Shown: positions 1-11,297, counted from the first letter of the stretch. The stretch is 64,000 bases of DNA from Promethearchaeota archaeon (GCA_030599585.1 JAUVNS010000010.1:1-64000); one strand, 5' to 3'. A program made the numbers and translations. Notes: a model not told the origin generated them from the sequence alone.

Positions 1-1898
1 GAATTAATGCATTAACTATTTTATCGCTAAAAGATAATTACCAATCCAAAACGATTCAGTTCTTTATTAATGTTGAAGAAAGAACCACTTACATACGATT
101 ATTCGTTGAAGAAATCGAGATATTCGATCTTGATTCCATTGACACTCAATTTGATGAATTATTGAATATTACTATAATTTATCGTGATAGTATTAGAGAT
201 ACACATCTTATTGGCGCTAATGTTGATTTACTTGGTATTGGAAATTTTTCTGAAAGTGGAACTCAATTTAATTTCACTTTAGATACTAACGATTTATCTG
301 AAGGAATTAATGCATTAACGATTATATCAATTAATGATAAATATCAATCTAAAACGATTCAATTCTTTATTAATGTGCAGGAGAGAGCCACATACATTCG
401 ATTATTCGTTGAAGAAATCGAGATATTCGATCTTGATACCTTTGACACTCAATTTGATGAATTATTGAATATTACTATTATTTATCGTGATAATATTAGA
501 GATACACATCTTATTGGCGCTAATGTTGATTTACTTGGTATTGGTAATTTTACAGAAATCAGTTCTCAATTTAACTATACAATAGATACTAATTCTCTAG
601 AGAATGGTATCAATATTTTGACTGTTTTTGCTCAACTGGAAGGATACAACCCTCAAAGAATTCAATTTTTCATAAATGTCCAGGAAAGAAATACTAGACT
701 ATCTCTTTTTATAAACAACCTCCCAAAAAGTCAAGGTGAATCTATCAAGGTTGAGGCAAACGAACAGATTAACATTACAGTTTATTATGAAGATGTTCTT
801 ACAAATAATTCCCTCAATTTGGCCAATATTGAATTATTAGGGTTTGGGGTTTTAACTCAAACAGGTTTTTATTATACTATTACGATAAACTCTAATAACT
901 TAGAGAAAGGTGTCAATGTATTAACTATTTTTGCTCAATTATCAAATTATCAAGCAAAATCGATACATTTCATTATTGAAGTGATTGATAGGGAAACTCA
1001 ACTTCAGTTATTATTAAATGACGACGATGTAACTTCAGATCCCGTTCTTGAAATACCAATAAATAGCCTAGTAAACATAACAGTAAAATATTTAGACAAT
1101 CAAACGGGAATAGGAATTCCTAGTGCTCTTTTACAATTAATAGGAGAAGATTTATATCAAAACTTTACAGAAAATTTGCTATCTAATCAATATTCTATAA
1201 TTATTAATACCTCTCTTCTATTAATTGGGGTAAAATTATTTACTATCGTCGCATCAGCGCCAAATTATCAAATTAACACAATAGATTTAAGAATTACTGT
1301 AAAAAGAGTGAGTACTTCAATCGATACCGTATCGGGTCTTACTCACGTAGATATAAGCCCTAATGAAGATTTTCTTATTTTTATTGTTCTTAACAATACT
1401 GATTTCGGAGGAAGAATCACTAATGCAACTGTGACCTATAGGTGGGACAATGGTCAGGGGATTTTAACAGATTCGAACAACGATGGAATATATGAAGCTA
1501 CACTAAATAATGTCCCCGCAGGATCGTATCGTATTTATATTAATGCGTACGCTGGAGAAAATTATGATTTCAGTGATGATTTTGAAATAGTTTTGAATGT
1601 AGTTGCACCGTCCGGTCCTGATATTACAGTAATAATAATATCTTTAGCAGCTGGAGTAGTAGGAATAAGCGTGGGTTTTGTTCTGTACCAAACACATTTT
1701 AAATATCCACCGAAAGTAAGGATGATGCGGAAGATTCGGAAAAAAATTGGTAAAGGAAAAAAACTGAAACCTTTGACATTAAACACTCGCGACAATATCA
1801 TAACAAGTGAAATAGAGCGTAATAAAGATATGTTAAGTATAGAAAAGGAGAATGTAGATAAACTAAATAAAAAAACAGGAGGAGATTCTCTCGAATGA
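1..1898 (+). CDS. 5'-truncated large cell-surface protein with ~101-aa Ig-like repeats, C-terminal TM helix and basic cytoplasmic tail
   Basis: Frame is open from base 3 to the track start at 162, so the gene begins upstream of the window; 303-bp repeat period; many N-x-S/T sequons; TM (ITVIIISLAAGVVGISVGFVLY) then FKYPP-x-VR basic tail. Confidence 0.85.
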   Translation, partial: INALTILSLKDNYQSKTIQFFINVEERTTYIRLFVEEIEIFDLDSIDTQFDELLNITIIYRDSIRDTHLIGANVDLLGIGNFSESGTQFNFTLDTNDLSEGINALTIISINDKYQSKTIQFFINVQERATYIRLFVEEIEIFDLDTFDTQFDELLNITIIYRDNIRDTHLIGANVDLLGIGNFTEISSQFNYTIDTNSLENGINILTVFAQLEGYNPQRIQFFINVQERNTRLSLFINNLPKSQGESIKVEANEQINITVYYEDVLTNNSLNLANIELLGFGVLTQTGFYYTITINSNNLEKGVNVLTIFAQLSNYQAKSIHFIIEVIDRETQLQLLLNDDDVTSDPVLEIPINSLVNITVKYLDNQTGIGIPSALLQLIGEDLYQNFTENLLSNQYSIIINTSLLLIGVKLFTIVASAPNYQINTIDLRITVKRVSTSIDTVSGLTHVDISPNEDFLIFIVLNNTDFGGRITNATVTYRWDNGQGILTDSNNDGIYEATLNNVPAGSYRIYINAYAGENYDFSDDFEIVLNVVAPSGPDITVIIISLAAGVVGISVGFVLYQTHFKYPPKVRMMRKIRKKIGKGKKLKPLTLNTRDNIITSEIERNKDMLSIEKENVDKLNKKTGGDSLE

Positions 1899-4800
1899 GA
1901 CGGGTGAATGAAAATATGAAGAGAATTAAAAAGATAAAATCTTTGGGTTTATTTTTTGTTATGGTAATTTTATTATTTCTAATACCTTTAGGGTCTAATT
2001 TCTTAAATTATAATTATGAACATCCAGTTAAGCAAACAGAATTTCTTCATAGTTCAGCGGAAACTGTATTTAATCAGGAATGGCTTGATAATAATGATTT
2101 CTCTACTCAGGATGCGTGGTACTATACAAAAGGTTCCCAAGGAGATAATTCGACTGTAGATGCCAGTATAAGCGGAGGAAGTGCTAATTTTACAGTTTTA
2201 GGAGATGAACAGATCAAAGAAATATCATCACCCCTCAATGACGGAACGTGGGTACAGTTTAGGAATGATATTTTTCTTTATCCAGATACTGCGACAATCA
2301 CTGCTGATGGTTGTTATGTTGATCATCAATATGATGAATCAGTAAATCAATCTCGAAATTATCACAGCGTGCATTGGAAAAAGATTGTTTCAATGGGTAG
2401 TGATATGTCTAAAAATATTATAAATTCAGCATCACTTGAGGTTATTTTCAACGCAACTGTAAATGTCAATGTTGATGTGGAAAATGATAACATTTCCCCT
2501 CAATTTGGAATTGGTGACTTTGCAACTTTCTATGTCTTAATCTCTGATTTAGATTTTACTAATCCTTACAGAGTAGCTAATAATAAAACCTCAACCTTAG
2601 GACAAGATTCTCCTCCGATTACAACAATAACTGATAAACTAATTGAAACTGTAGATGAAGAGGATATAATTACTGCTTTAAGTTCTTCTTTAGACAAAGA
2701 CCCGGAGCACTCTAATTTTACAATTACGCTGGGAATTGATATTTATTGTGAAGATAATTTTATTACTGACTACGATTATTGGGACGCTTTATTGATTAAA
2801 TCTCTTAATCTAACATTCTCGTATGAGAAAAAAGTCGAGAAATTCAGCTCTGTTTCTTGGAATCAAATAGGAAATCAAATTTCTGGAGATAATTTTCAAA
2901 TTACCCAAGCAAATCTTAAATTCCAAGTTAAAATTGACCAAAGTTGGCCTACATCGTTATCTCCTTTTTCAGAAGTTAGAATTTTGATAAATAATAATCC
3001 TCATTTTGAAACGATAAGATTATCCTCTGTTAATGGCACATTTCAAGATGCTAAAACGGGTGGTTTTGATGTAACGAATCTTGTTTATAAAGAAGTGAAT
3101 ATTTCTTTATCGATACAAGTCTTTATAGCTAACACATTTGGATTAAGTAATAATATCACTTTTTCTATAGATAATGTGTATTTAAATATTACATATATTG
3201 AAATGTTTGCAGATTATGAGACTGAATCTCAACTATTTTTAGAAAGCGCTAATAAAACTGCTGATCCATTTATTCAAATCTCATTAGAAAATACTGTAAA
3301 CATCACGATAAAATATTTAGATAACGAAACGAACCATATTGCTGGTGCTATCATTCAACTTAGTGGAAAAGTTTCGAGTCAATTATCTGAAAATTCTTCT
3401 TTCGGACAATACTCAACAGTCATAGATAGCACTGATCTTGAAATAGGAATATGGGCGTTAACAGTGACTGCCCAGAAATCTAATTACGAGACCCAAACAA
3501 TTCCATTCTTTATTGATGTAGTTGAACGAACAACTGATCTCCAACTCTATGTAGATGGTTTTCATAAAACAACCAATAATACGATGAATATAAAATATAA
3601 TGAGGCTATGAACATTACAATTTTATATCGAGACGATCTTACAAATCAACATTTAGATGGGGCAAATGTTTCAATTACAAATTTTGGAAGTTTGGATGAT
3701 TTTAATGAACAATATAATATTACCATAAATTCGAACAGTTTAAACTTAGGTTTTAATGTCTTAACAATTACAGCCAATTTAGAAAATTATACATCTCAAA
3801 CTTTGCAACTTTATGTAGAAGTGTATGATAGAACGACAGATTTTAAATTATTGGTTAATGATTTTGAAAAAGTTGAGAATGATTTAATTCAAATTCAAGT
3901 TGGTGAGATTCTAAACTTAACTATATTTTATAAGGATACAGTGTTTCAAAGTCATCTCAGTGGAGCAATAGTTGAGCTTTTAGGAGTTGGAAATTTCAAT
4001 GAAACAGGTTCTCAGTATAATTATAGCATTGATTCGAGAGACTTAAACATAGGATTTAATATTTTATCAATTTCCGCTCAATTGGATAATTATGAATCTC
4101 AGAATATTCAGATTTATATTGAAGTATACAGCACACCATCAGAAATAACTCTTACAGTCGATAATGTTCCAACTAATCCAAATACAATAGTACAGGTCAA
4201 AGTAGATGAGTTTATCAACATAACCGTGTTTTATAAGGATAATGAGACTAAACAGCACTTAACAGGGGCGACAATAGAGTTAATAGGATGGGGAAATTTT
4301 AATGAAACAGGTTCTCAATACAATTATTCGGTTGATACGAATGTATTAAGTCAAGGAATAAGTGTATTAACGATTACAGCACACTTAGGTGATTACCAAT
4401 CACAAAATATACAATTTTATGTAGAAATCATCGAAAAAGCAACAGAATTAAAATTGTATGTAGAAAGTGATGAGAAGTTTGAGAAAGATACTATCCAAGT
4501 TGAGATAAATCAAATATTGAACCTAACTATCTTCTATCAAGACAATGTATCAAAAGTGCACTTAATTGGAGCTAATATAACGTTAATAGGAGTGGGAAAT
4601 TTCAACGATATTGGAACTCAATATTATTATAGTTTAAACTCAAGCGATATTGGAATAGGATTTAATGTAATAACCATTTCTGCTCAGTTAGATGATTACC
4701 AATCACAAAATATACAGTTTTATATTGAAGTCTTAGAGAAAGCATCGGAACTAAAATTATATGTGGAAGGTGAAGAGAAGTCAGAGAAAGACACAATTCA

Positions 4801-6541
4801 AATCGAATTCAATCAATTATTGAATTTAACTATCTTCTATCAAGACAATGTATCAAAAGTGCACTTAATTGGAGCTAATATAACGTTAATAGGAGTGGGA
4901 AATTTCAACGATATTGGAACTCAATTTTATTTTAGCTTAAACTCAAGTGATATTGGATTAGGATTTAATATAATAACAATTTCAGCTCAATTAGATGATT
5001 TCCAATCCCAAATCATCCAGATATATGTGGATGTATACGAAATCCCTACAGAATTGGAGCTGGTCTTAAATAGTTTTACACAAGATGATAAATATACATT
5101 AGAAGTGGAAGTAAACGAATTTATTAATATCACTATTTTTTATCGAACCAACTCAACAAAGCAGTTTTTGAATGATGCAACTGTAGAATTAATTGGATGG
5201 GGTAATTTTAGTGAAATTGGAGCTCAATATAATTTTACCATCAATACAAATGATTTGGAACAGGGGATAACGATCCTTACAATAAACGCTCACTATACAA
5301 ATTATTTAACGCTAAGTGTTCAATTTTATGTTAAAGTAATTGAACGAGCTAGTGAATTTCGATTATTATTCGATGGAGCTCAAATAAATGAAACAGATAC
5401 ATTGAGTGTTGAAGTAAATCAATTCTTAAACTTTACAGTCTTTTATCAAGATAATTTAACAAAGCAACATTTAAGTGGAGCAACAATATCTCTCTTAGGA
5501 ATGGGTAATTTTAGTGATGTTGGTAGTCAATACTATTACTTATTAAATACTAATGATTTAGAACAAGGGATAACAATACTTACAGTTTTAGCGTATTTAG
5601 AAAATTACCAACCCCGATCTTATCAATTTTATGTTAAAGTATCTGAAAGAGCTTCTGAAATATCATTATTTTTAAATTCAGAAGAAAAAACGACCGATCC
5701 CGTGTATGAACTTCCATTTGGTAGTATTTTAAATATTACAGTTAAATATTCGGATAATCAAACTAAAATCCATATTACTGGAGGTAGTATCCAATTAATA
5801 GACAGTGCCTATTCTTATAATCTCACTGAAAATATAGCTCTGAACCAATACATGTTATTACTAGATACAACTGATTTAAAAATTGGAGTGAATTTATTCA
5901 CAATTATTGCATACGCTAACAATTTCCAAATTAAGACAATAACTTTAAGGATTACATTGAATAAAATAGCTACTGTAATAAATACTACTTCTGGAGATAC
6001 TTATTTTAGCATATTACCTAGCGAATCTATATTACTATCGATAGAATTAACCGATTCTGATTTTGGGGGGACAATTACTGATGCTACAGTTACTTATCAA
6101 TGGGCATATGGTCAAGGCACTCTTTTAGATCCTGAAAATGATGGTATTTACGAAATTGAATTAGAGAATATTCCAACAGGTATTTATACAATAACTATTA
6201 CTGCTTCTGCGGGAGATGATTATAGCTTTGAAACTTACGAAATTACAATAAATGTTGTATCAGTTACACCAGATGATTTTTCTCTATTATTCATTGCATT
6301 AGCAGGAGCTCTCGTTGCTATGGTTCTAGGGATTACACTTTATCAAGTTCGGTTTAAATATCCTCCTACTGTAAGAAAATCGAGAAAACTTAGGAAGAAA
6401 ATACGAAAAGGTAAAAAGACAAAACCTGTAAAAGACATTATATCTCGAGAAGAATTGATTAAAGACCACCTCGAAAGTAATACCGAAATTATTCAATTAG
6501 AAAAAAAAACCGAAAATGGATTTAAAAAAAGTAAAAATTAG
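1895..6541 (+). CDS. Large cell-surface protein (1548 aa), paralog of the upstream gene
   Basis: N-terminal signal/TM, ~101-aa beta-rich repeats, C-terminal TM plus FKYPPTVRKSRKLRKKI tail; ATGA overlap with the upstream stop. Confidence 0.85.
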   Translation: MRRVNENMKRIKKIKSLGLFFVMVILLFLIPLGSNFLNYNYEHPVKQTEFLHSSAETVFNQEWLDNNDFSTQDAWYYTKGSQGDNSTVDASISGGSANFTVLGDEQIKEISSPLNDGTWVQFRNDIFLYPDTATITADGCYVDHQYDESVNQSRNYHSVHWKKIVSMGSDMSKNIINSASLEVIFNATVNVNVDVENDNISPQFGIGDFATFYVLISDLDFTNPYRVANNKTSTLGQDSPPITTITDKLIETVDEEDIITALSSSLDKDPEHSNFTITLGIDIYCEDNFITDYDYWDALLIKSLNLTFSYEKKVEKFSSVSWNQIGNQISGDNFQITQANLKFQVKIDQSWPTSLSPFSEVRILINNNPHFETIRLSSVNGTFQDAKTGGFDVTNLVYKEVNISLSIQVFIANTFGLSNNITFSIDNVYLNITYIEMFADYETESQLFLESANKTADPFIQISLENTVNITIKYLDNETNHIAGAIIQLSGKVSSQLSENSSFGQYSTVIDSTDLEIGIWALTVTAQKSNYETQTIPFFIDVVERTTDLQLYVDGFHKTTNNTMNIKYNEAMNITILYRDDLTNQHLDGANVSITNFGSLDDFNEQYNITINSNSLNLGFNVLTITANLENYTSQTLQLYVEVYDRTTDFKLLVNDFEKVENDLIQIQVGEILNLTIFYKDTVFQSHLSGAIVELLGVGNFNETGSQYNYSIDSRDLNIGFNILSISAQLDNYESQNIQIYIEVYSTPSEITLTVDNVPTNPNTIVQVKVDEFINITVFYKDNETKQHLTGATIELIGWGNFNETGSQYNYSVDTNVLSQGISVLTITAHLGDYQSQNIQFYVEIIEKATELKLYVESDEKFEKDTIQVEINQILNLTIFYQDNVSKVHLIGANITLIGVGNFNDIGTQYYYSLNSSDIGIGFNVITISAQLDDYQSQNIQFYIEVLEKASELKLYVEGEEKSEKDTIQIEFNQLLNLTIFYQDNVSKVHLIGANITLIGVGNFNDIGTQFYFSLNSSDIGLGFNIITISAQLDDFQSQIIQIYVDVYEIPTELELVLNSFTQDDKYTLEVEVNEFINITIFYRTNSTKQFLNDATVELIGWGNFSEIGAQYNFTINTNDLEQGITILTINAHYTNYLTLSVQFYVKVIERASEFRLLFDGAQINETDTLSVEVNQFLNFTVFYQDNLTKQHLSGATISLLGMGNFSDVGSQYYYLLNTNDLEQGITILTVLAYLENYQPRSYQFYVKVSERASEISLFLNSEEKTTDPVYELPFGSILNITVKYSDNQTKIHITGGSIQLIDSAYSYNLTENIALNQYMLLLDTTDLKIGVNLFTIIAYANNFQIKTITLRITLNKIATVINTTSGDTYFSILPSESILLSIELTDSDFGGTITDATVTYQWAYGQGTLLDPENDGIYEIELENIPTGIYTITITASAGDDYSFETYEITINVVSVTPDDFSLLFIALAGALVAMVLGITLYQVRFKYPPTVRKSRKLRKKIRKGKKTKPVKDIISREELIKDHLESNTEIIQLEKKTENGFKKSKN

Positions 6542-6561
6542 TTAAAATAAAAAAATTAGAT

Positions 6562-7698
6562 GTGAAAAATATGACAAAAGGGTATATTATTACTAACTGG
6601 ACAGAAGATCAAGGCCTTGGAGTTCAATTGAGTTATCCTCAGGATTTAGAAGTAGATCTTGATGATATGATGAGAATTTTTTACGCTCACATTACAGGTG
6701 CTGGAGAAGCTGGAAATGTGTTAGTGCGATTAGAAAAAGCGCGTTCAAATGTTTCTAGCTATTTTACAGGAATGGAATCAGAAAATCAGTTCATGATTAA
6801 TTTCATTATGGAACTTGGTGAAGATCCCGAAATTTTCGGAGAAGCTGTACTTTCAGAAATCAATCAAAATATTATATTTTATCTTAAAAATATTAAACAA
6901 AATCCAGCCAATAGCCTGGATATAACAAGTGAATTGGCTGATTACCTAAAAAATTCTCTTTCATACCTAGAGCGTCTGAAAAATTTAACGAAAGAGCAGG
7001 TAATGGCACAAATTTATAATAGTGAAAAAGGAAGATTGATATTAGAAATCTTACAGGAAAAACCACAAACTAAAAAGGATTTACATAATCTCTTAGAGGA
7101 GAAGACGGGGAAATTTATACCTAATATAGATATCTTAATTAGTCATTTTGTTAAAACCGATCTCGTTAGGCAAGATTGGATTGAAGGCGATTCAGATATT
7201 ACTTTATTTCTACTTTCTGATTTCATTATAGTTAGACGACCGGTAAGTAAGTTAATTGATGATGCAAAAAAAGGAGTCCCTAACCCATATGTAGCCAATA
7301 AGTATATTGAAATTGCAACAAGTTATTTCTCGAACTATACACCAACAGAAGAGGATAATTTGAAGATTGCACATCATATGATTAATCCTGATGTATTCGA
7401 TTATGTGGTGCTCTTTAGAGAAAAATCGTATCCTATTAATAAAGTACCTAGGGGTCCAGGTGAAACATTCGATCAGGTTAGAACATTTCTAGCAACCTTA
7501 GAAGCTGATAATGTTATTAAAATTATTAAAGATGAAAGCAACGTTGAATGGATATTCTTAGTAACAGACTTAACTGCTCAGAAATTCTATCCGGAGTACC
7601 TTATCGAAAATATTAGAAAAGCAGTAACGGAAGATATCCTTAAGAAAGAATCCGCAATAAAACACTTAGAGCTTCTTGAACAAGTATATAAAAAATAA
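6562..7698 (+). CDS. Putative longin/uDENN-like domain protein with C-terminal winged-helix-like regions
   Basis: N-terminal YIITNWTEDQGLGVQLSYP pattern resembles Asgard longin-like folds; ILEILQEKPQTKKDLHNLL resembles a wHTH; fold call is inference. Confidence 0.5.
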   Translation: MKNMTKGYIITNWTEDQGLGVQLSYPQDLEVDLDDMMRIFYAHITGAGEAGNVLVRLEKARSNVSSYFTGMESENQFMINFIMELGEDPEIFGEAVLSEINQNIIFYLKNIKQNPANSLDITSELADYLKNSLSYLERLKNLTKEQVMAQIYNSEKGRLILEILQEKPQTKKDLHNLLEEKTGKFIPNIDILISHFVKTDLVRQDWIEGDSDITLFLLSDFIIVRRPVSKLIDDAKKGVPNPYVANKYIEIATSYFSNYTPTEEDNLKIAHHMINPDVFDYVVLFREKSYPINKVPRGPGETFDQVRTFLATLEADNVIKIIKDESNVEWIFLVTDLTAQKFYPEYLIENIRKAVTEDILKKESAIKHLELLEQVYKK

Positions 7699-7720
7699 GA
7701 TTTCGTGGTGTAAAATATAA

Positions 7721-9730
7721 ATGGCTGAAGACGATAACAAATTCAAATCAACTAAGCAAGTTTTGGAATTAATTGGTTTAACTCAAGACGAAATTGAAAC
7801 ATATTTTCACTTGACGGGAAGAGGTCCGGTCATGGCAGGAGAAATAGCGTTGTTGGTCAACATTTCAGAGGAAAGAGCAATCAGTGTTGCCAAAAACCTT
7901 CTCGAAAAAGGATTAGTTCGCGAAGTACCAGGATCAACTCCATTTTATATTGCTTTACCTCCCTACACTGCATTATTAAATCAAATTCAAAAATTTAAAA
8001 CGATTGTAGAACAAATTAAAGAATCAACGCCTAAAGCACTACAACTGAAATTTAAAGAAATTGAGTCACACTCAGCTAAATTAAACAAATTCAACGATTA
8101 TAGAAACTACATCAATACTATGAAAACTAATTTACCTGCTCAAATAAGAGCGCAATTCAGTAAAGTAGAGAGTGAGCTCGATAAAGTCAAAAAATTTCAA
8201 GAAATTCGAGGATTTATCTTAAATTTAAGAAATATCGTACCTAACGAAATTATTAAAGAATTTGATGTTGTTGAAAGTCGGTTAGAAAAAATTAAATCTG
8301 AAATCTCTATTGCTTTTGAAAAGCAATTTAGAATAGGTGCGTTAAAAAGTATGGCTGAGAAAATAGTTTCAAAAATAATCTCAGAACAATTCAGCGACCT
8401 CACAGATTATTTTAGAGAAAAATTTGTTAATTCTATTCAAGGTACATTGGATCAAGTTACAGAACAATTGGGTTCTATTTCAGATGTTGCGGGTGAGATG
8501 AGTGTTGATTTAGGTAATTTTCTATCGGATATTGTTTCAGGATTAGAGGAGACAATGGGAGATTTAGACAATCGAATAACAAGTGTTTACGAGGATGTGG
8601 ATAAAGGAATTGAAGAACTAAAGAGCTTATTCCAAAGAGAAATTTATAAAACTCTTGAAGAAGATGTCATGACAAACATATTACATCAATTGGATTTATC
8701 AGAAAAAACTATGACAGAGTTTTGGGAACGTTCGAAAGAAGCATCAATGTTAAGTTTTAAAGATGTATGGTTTGTAAGAAGTGTTGAGGGGATGAAAGCT
8801 CAGATAAACGAAACGCTTACACGTGTTAAAGCAAAAATTCATATCATAATACCAAAACTGGAAGATTTAGATTTAGTAGCTGTTTCAAAAGTGAAGAAAT
8901 TCGTAAATGTGAGAATCTCAGCAAATTTCGATGCGAACGATCCAAAAGATCAATTAAAATTAGCTGAGATCGTGAAATATCCCAATATTAACATCAGGTT
9001 ATACTCAAGAGAAAATTTATACTCCGTTAACCGAGATTTTGAGGAAGTTGTAATCTGTGCTGCATCTAAAAATGAGTTTGGACGTATTGAGATTGCTGGA
9101 ATGGGTTCTGTTCTAACCGAGCATGTGAAACTGTTTGCACCGATTTTAGAAGATGTGTGGATTCAAAGCAAGAAAATAAGCGATAGCGAAATTATGTATT
9201 CAATAGAATCGTCGCAAGTAACTAAAGGGCTTAAACAACTAATCCCCCAAACAACTTATGAAAGCTCGCAGACTCCTTCAATTCTTAATGAACTTGAGAT
9301 ACAAAATAAACCACCCCTTACATCAATAAAAAACGATATTATAAAACCCGTTGAAGAAAAACTAACTTATACTACCCAACCAGCAGTTCCTTCGCAAACT
9401 TATGTTCCTCCTGCCCCTACATTAGAAGCAAGTGTTGATATACCAAAAACAAGTTCGGATCTTGATTCAACCACTGCTCCGAAAGGTTCAGTTTCGGAAT
9501 TATTTGATGAGTTCTTCAATAATTTAGACAAAAAGTTGAGCTCTGAACTTTCAATCGACTTAGAATACCTACGAGCAAGAATAACTGAAGATATTGGATA
9601 TGCATCTATTTTGAATCCTATGGGCCTTACGATCGCAACTCTCAGTTCGGTTCCAAACTTATTGTCTTCAATGGAAATTGAAGACATTCGTAAAAAGATT
9701 AACTTTTGGAGAAAAAAGATTAACGTTTAA
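7721..9730 (+). CDS. TrmB-family HTH protein with long coiled coil and PLD-fold (TrmB effector-type) domain
   Basis: LELIGLTQDEIETYFHL...LLEKGLVREVPG...YIALPP matches the TrmB HTH; heptad-rich middle; VWFVRSVEGMKAQI...AKIHIIIP resembles the TrmB PLD-like domain. Confidence 0.7.
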   Translation: MAEDDNKFKSTKQVLELIGLTQDEIETYFHLTGRGPVMAGEIALLVNISEERAISVAKNLLEKGLVREVPGSTPFYIALPPYTALLNQIQKFKTIVEQIKESTPKALQLKFKEIESHSAKLNKFNDYRNYINTMKTNLPAQIRAQFSKVESELDKVKKFQEIRGFILNLRNIVPNEIIKEFDVVESRLEKIKSEISIAFEKQFRIGALKSMAEKIVSKIISEQFSDLTDYFREKFVNSIQGTLDQVTEQLGSISDVAGEMSVDLGNFLSDIVSGLEETMGDLDNRITSVYEDVDKGIEELKSLFQREIYKTLEEDVMTNILHQLDLSEKTMTEFWERSKEASMLSFKDVWFVRSVEGMKAQINETLTRVKAKIHIIIPKLEDLDLVAVSKVKKFVNVRISANFDANDPKDQLKLAEIVKYPNINIRLYSRENLYSVNRDFEEVVICAASKNEFGRIEIAGMGSVLTEHVKLFAPILEDVWIQSKKISDSEIMYSIESSQVTKGLKQLIPQTTYESSQTPSILNELEIQNKPPLTSIKNDIIKPVEEKLTYTTQPAVPSQTYVPPAPTLEASVDIPKTSSDLDSTTAPKGSVSELFDEFFNNLDKKLSSELSIDLEYLRARITEDIGYASILNPMGLTIATLSSVPNLLSSMEIEDIRKKINFWRKKINV

Positions 9731-9736
9731 GTATTC

Positions 9737-9781
9737 ACTTTTTTTTTTAGAAAAATTTTTCTATAGAAAAAATAAAAAAAA
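9737..9781. terminator. T-rich/A-rich bidirectional terminator region between convergent genes
   Basis: Long T run after the + strand gene and A runs after the - strand gene. Confidence 0.45.
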
Positions 9782-11059
9782 TTAATATTTTATACTATTT
9801 ATACTATCTGTGATCATTTCCAATTCACTTTTGTTGTCATAATCTACGGTCTTAATGCTTGTAAAATTCCAGATTAAAATCGTTACTATCATTCCAAGAA
9901 TAGCACAATATAGAAACAAATTACCAACTCCGAACATTTCCGCAAAGGGTCCAGAAAGTAACGTTGCAATTGGAGAGATCGACATTGAAAGTGAATTATC
10001 GATGGAAGTAATTCTCCCCATCATATCGGCTGGAACAACCGTTTGTATAAATGTTTGATATAAGGCATTTATAATTGGTAATGTTAAGCCCATCGCAACA
10101 CCACCTATACCTATTACTATGTATCCCCCTGGAGGAGCTAAGGCTATAATTCCATAGCCGGTCATGAGAATAAAAATACATACAAATATTACTTTCATCT
10201 TGTTATTCCAGGTTTTCTTCACTGAAGTTAAAAGGGCGCCACAAATCATACCACCTTGAAAAAACACTAAAACTATTGCTAAATGTGTTGCAGAACCGCC
10301 GTGAAATACATTAATATAATAGGGCATCAATGTATCAAAAGGTCTTATTAAAAAATTGAGTAACATCGATAGAAAAATTATCGTAACTAAACCAGGTATA
10401 ACCTTAATAGTTTTGATACCAAGTTTGAATTCCCTTACGAATGATTTCTTTTCACCCTTTTCTTCATTATTTTCGACTGATGGAATCTTAATGAGCAATA
10501 ACGGGATTAGCGCTATTAAAAATGTTATAACATCGACCCAAAGAATCGTGTTTATTGGAAATAAAATCATTAATGTTGCACCTGTTAATGGTGCAATAAT
10601 TTGAACCACTCCAGTAAACAAGAAATTAATCCCGTTAATTCTGGATAAATGCTCTTTTGGAACCATAGCTGGTATAATAGAATTCACGGCAGGTAAATGA
10701 AACGCTTGAAATATACTGCGAAGACTTATGAATATTATGACAATCCATACATTAGCAAGATTCATCTGAAACAAAACAAGTAAAATTAGAGTTGCAACTG
10801 CTTGTAGAGAGTCAGCAACTACAATTATTACTTTTCTGTTCAATCTGTCAGCGAGAACTCCCGCAATTGGCATAAAGATCACTTGACAAATAATAAAGAA
10901 AAATGAACCGATTGATAGAAATACTGGGCTCTGAGTTTCCTCTGTTACCCACCATATAATTACAAAATAGACAACCATTGATCCAAATAGAGAAAACAAT
11001 TGTCCCGACCAAAAATACATATAACTTCTAAATGAGTTCTTATTTGCTAATTCCTCCAT
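9782..11059 (-). CDS. MFS transporter (DHA3/MefA-like efflux family)
   Basis: About 12 TM segments; motif A GVLADRLNRK; QTVVPADMMGR in the second half. Confidence 0.9.
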   Translation of the reverse strand: MEELANKNSFRSYMYFWSGQLFSLFGSMVVYFVIIWWVTEETQSPVFLSIGSFFFIICQVIFMPIAGVLADRLNRKVIIVVADSLQAVATLILLVLFQMNLANVWIVIIFISLRSIFQAFHLPAVNSIIPAMVPKEHLSRINGINFLFTGVVQIIAPLTGATLMILFPINTILWVDVITFLIALIPLLLIKIPSVENNEEKGEKKSFVREFKLGIKTIKVIPGLVTIIFLSMLLNFLIRPFDTLMPYYINVFHGGSATHLAIVLVFFQGGMICGALLTSVKKTWNNKMKVIFVCIFILMTGYGIIALAPPGGYIVIGIGGVAMGLTLPIINALYQTFIQTVVPADMMGRITSIDNSLSMSISPIATLLSGPFAEMFGVGNLFLYCAILGMIVTILIWNFTSIKTVDYDNKSELEMITDSINSIKY

Positions 11060-11297
11060 TTCATCTTAACCTTTTTTTTCTTATTTTTTATTATTTTTAT
11101 TTCTAATTTTCTATTTTCTTCTTATTTTTGTTTAGTTTGCTTTAATCTTGTAGCTAATCTCTCAAAAAACCTTTCACTTCTTTTTAATCCTTTTTAGATG
11201 ACACTCTCTGATTTTTTCATTTAAAATTCCAATATCCCTTAATTTACTTCGAGTTGACTAATCCGGTTTAAGCTTGTATCAAAATAATGAGCCGGCT

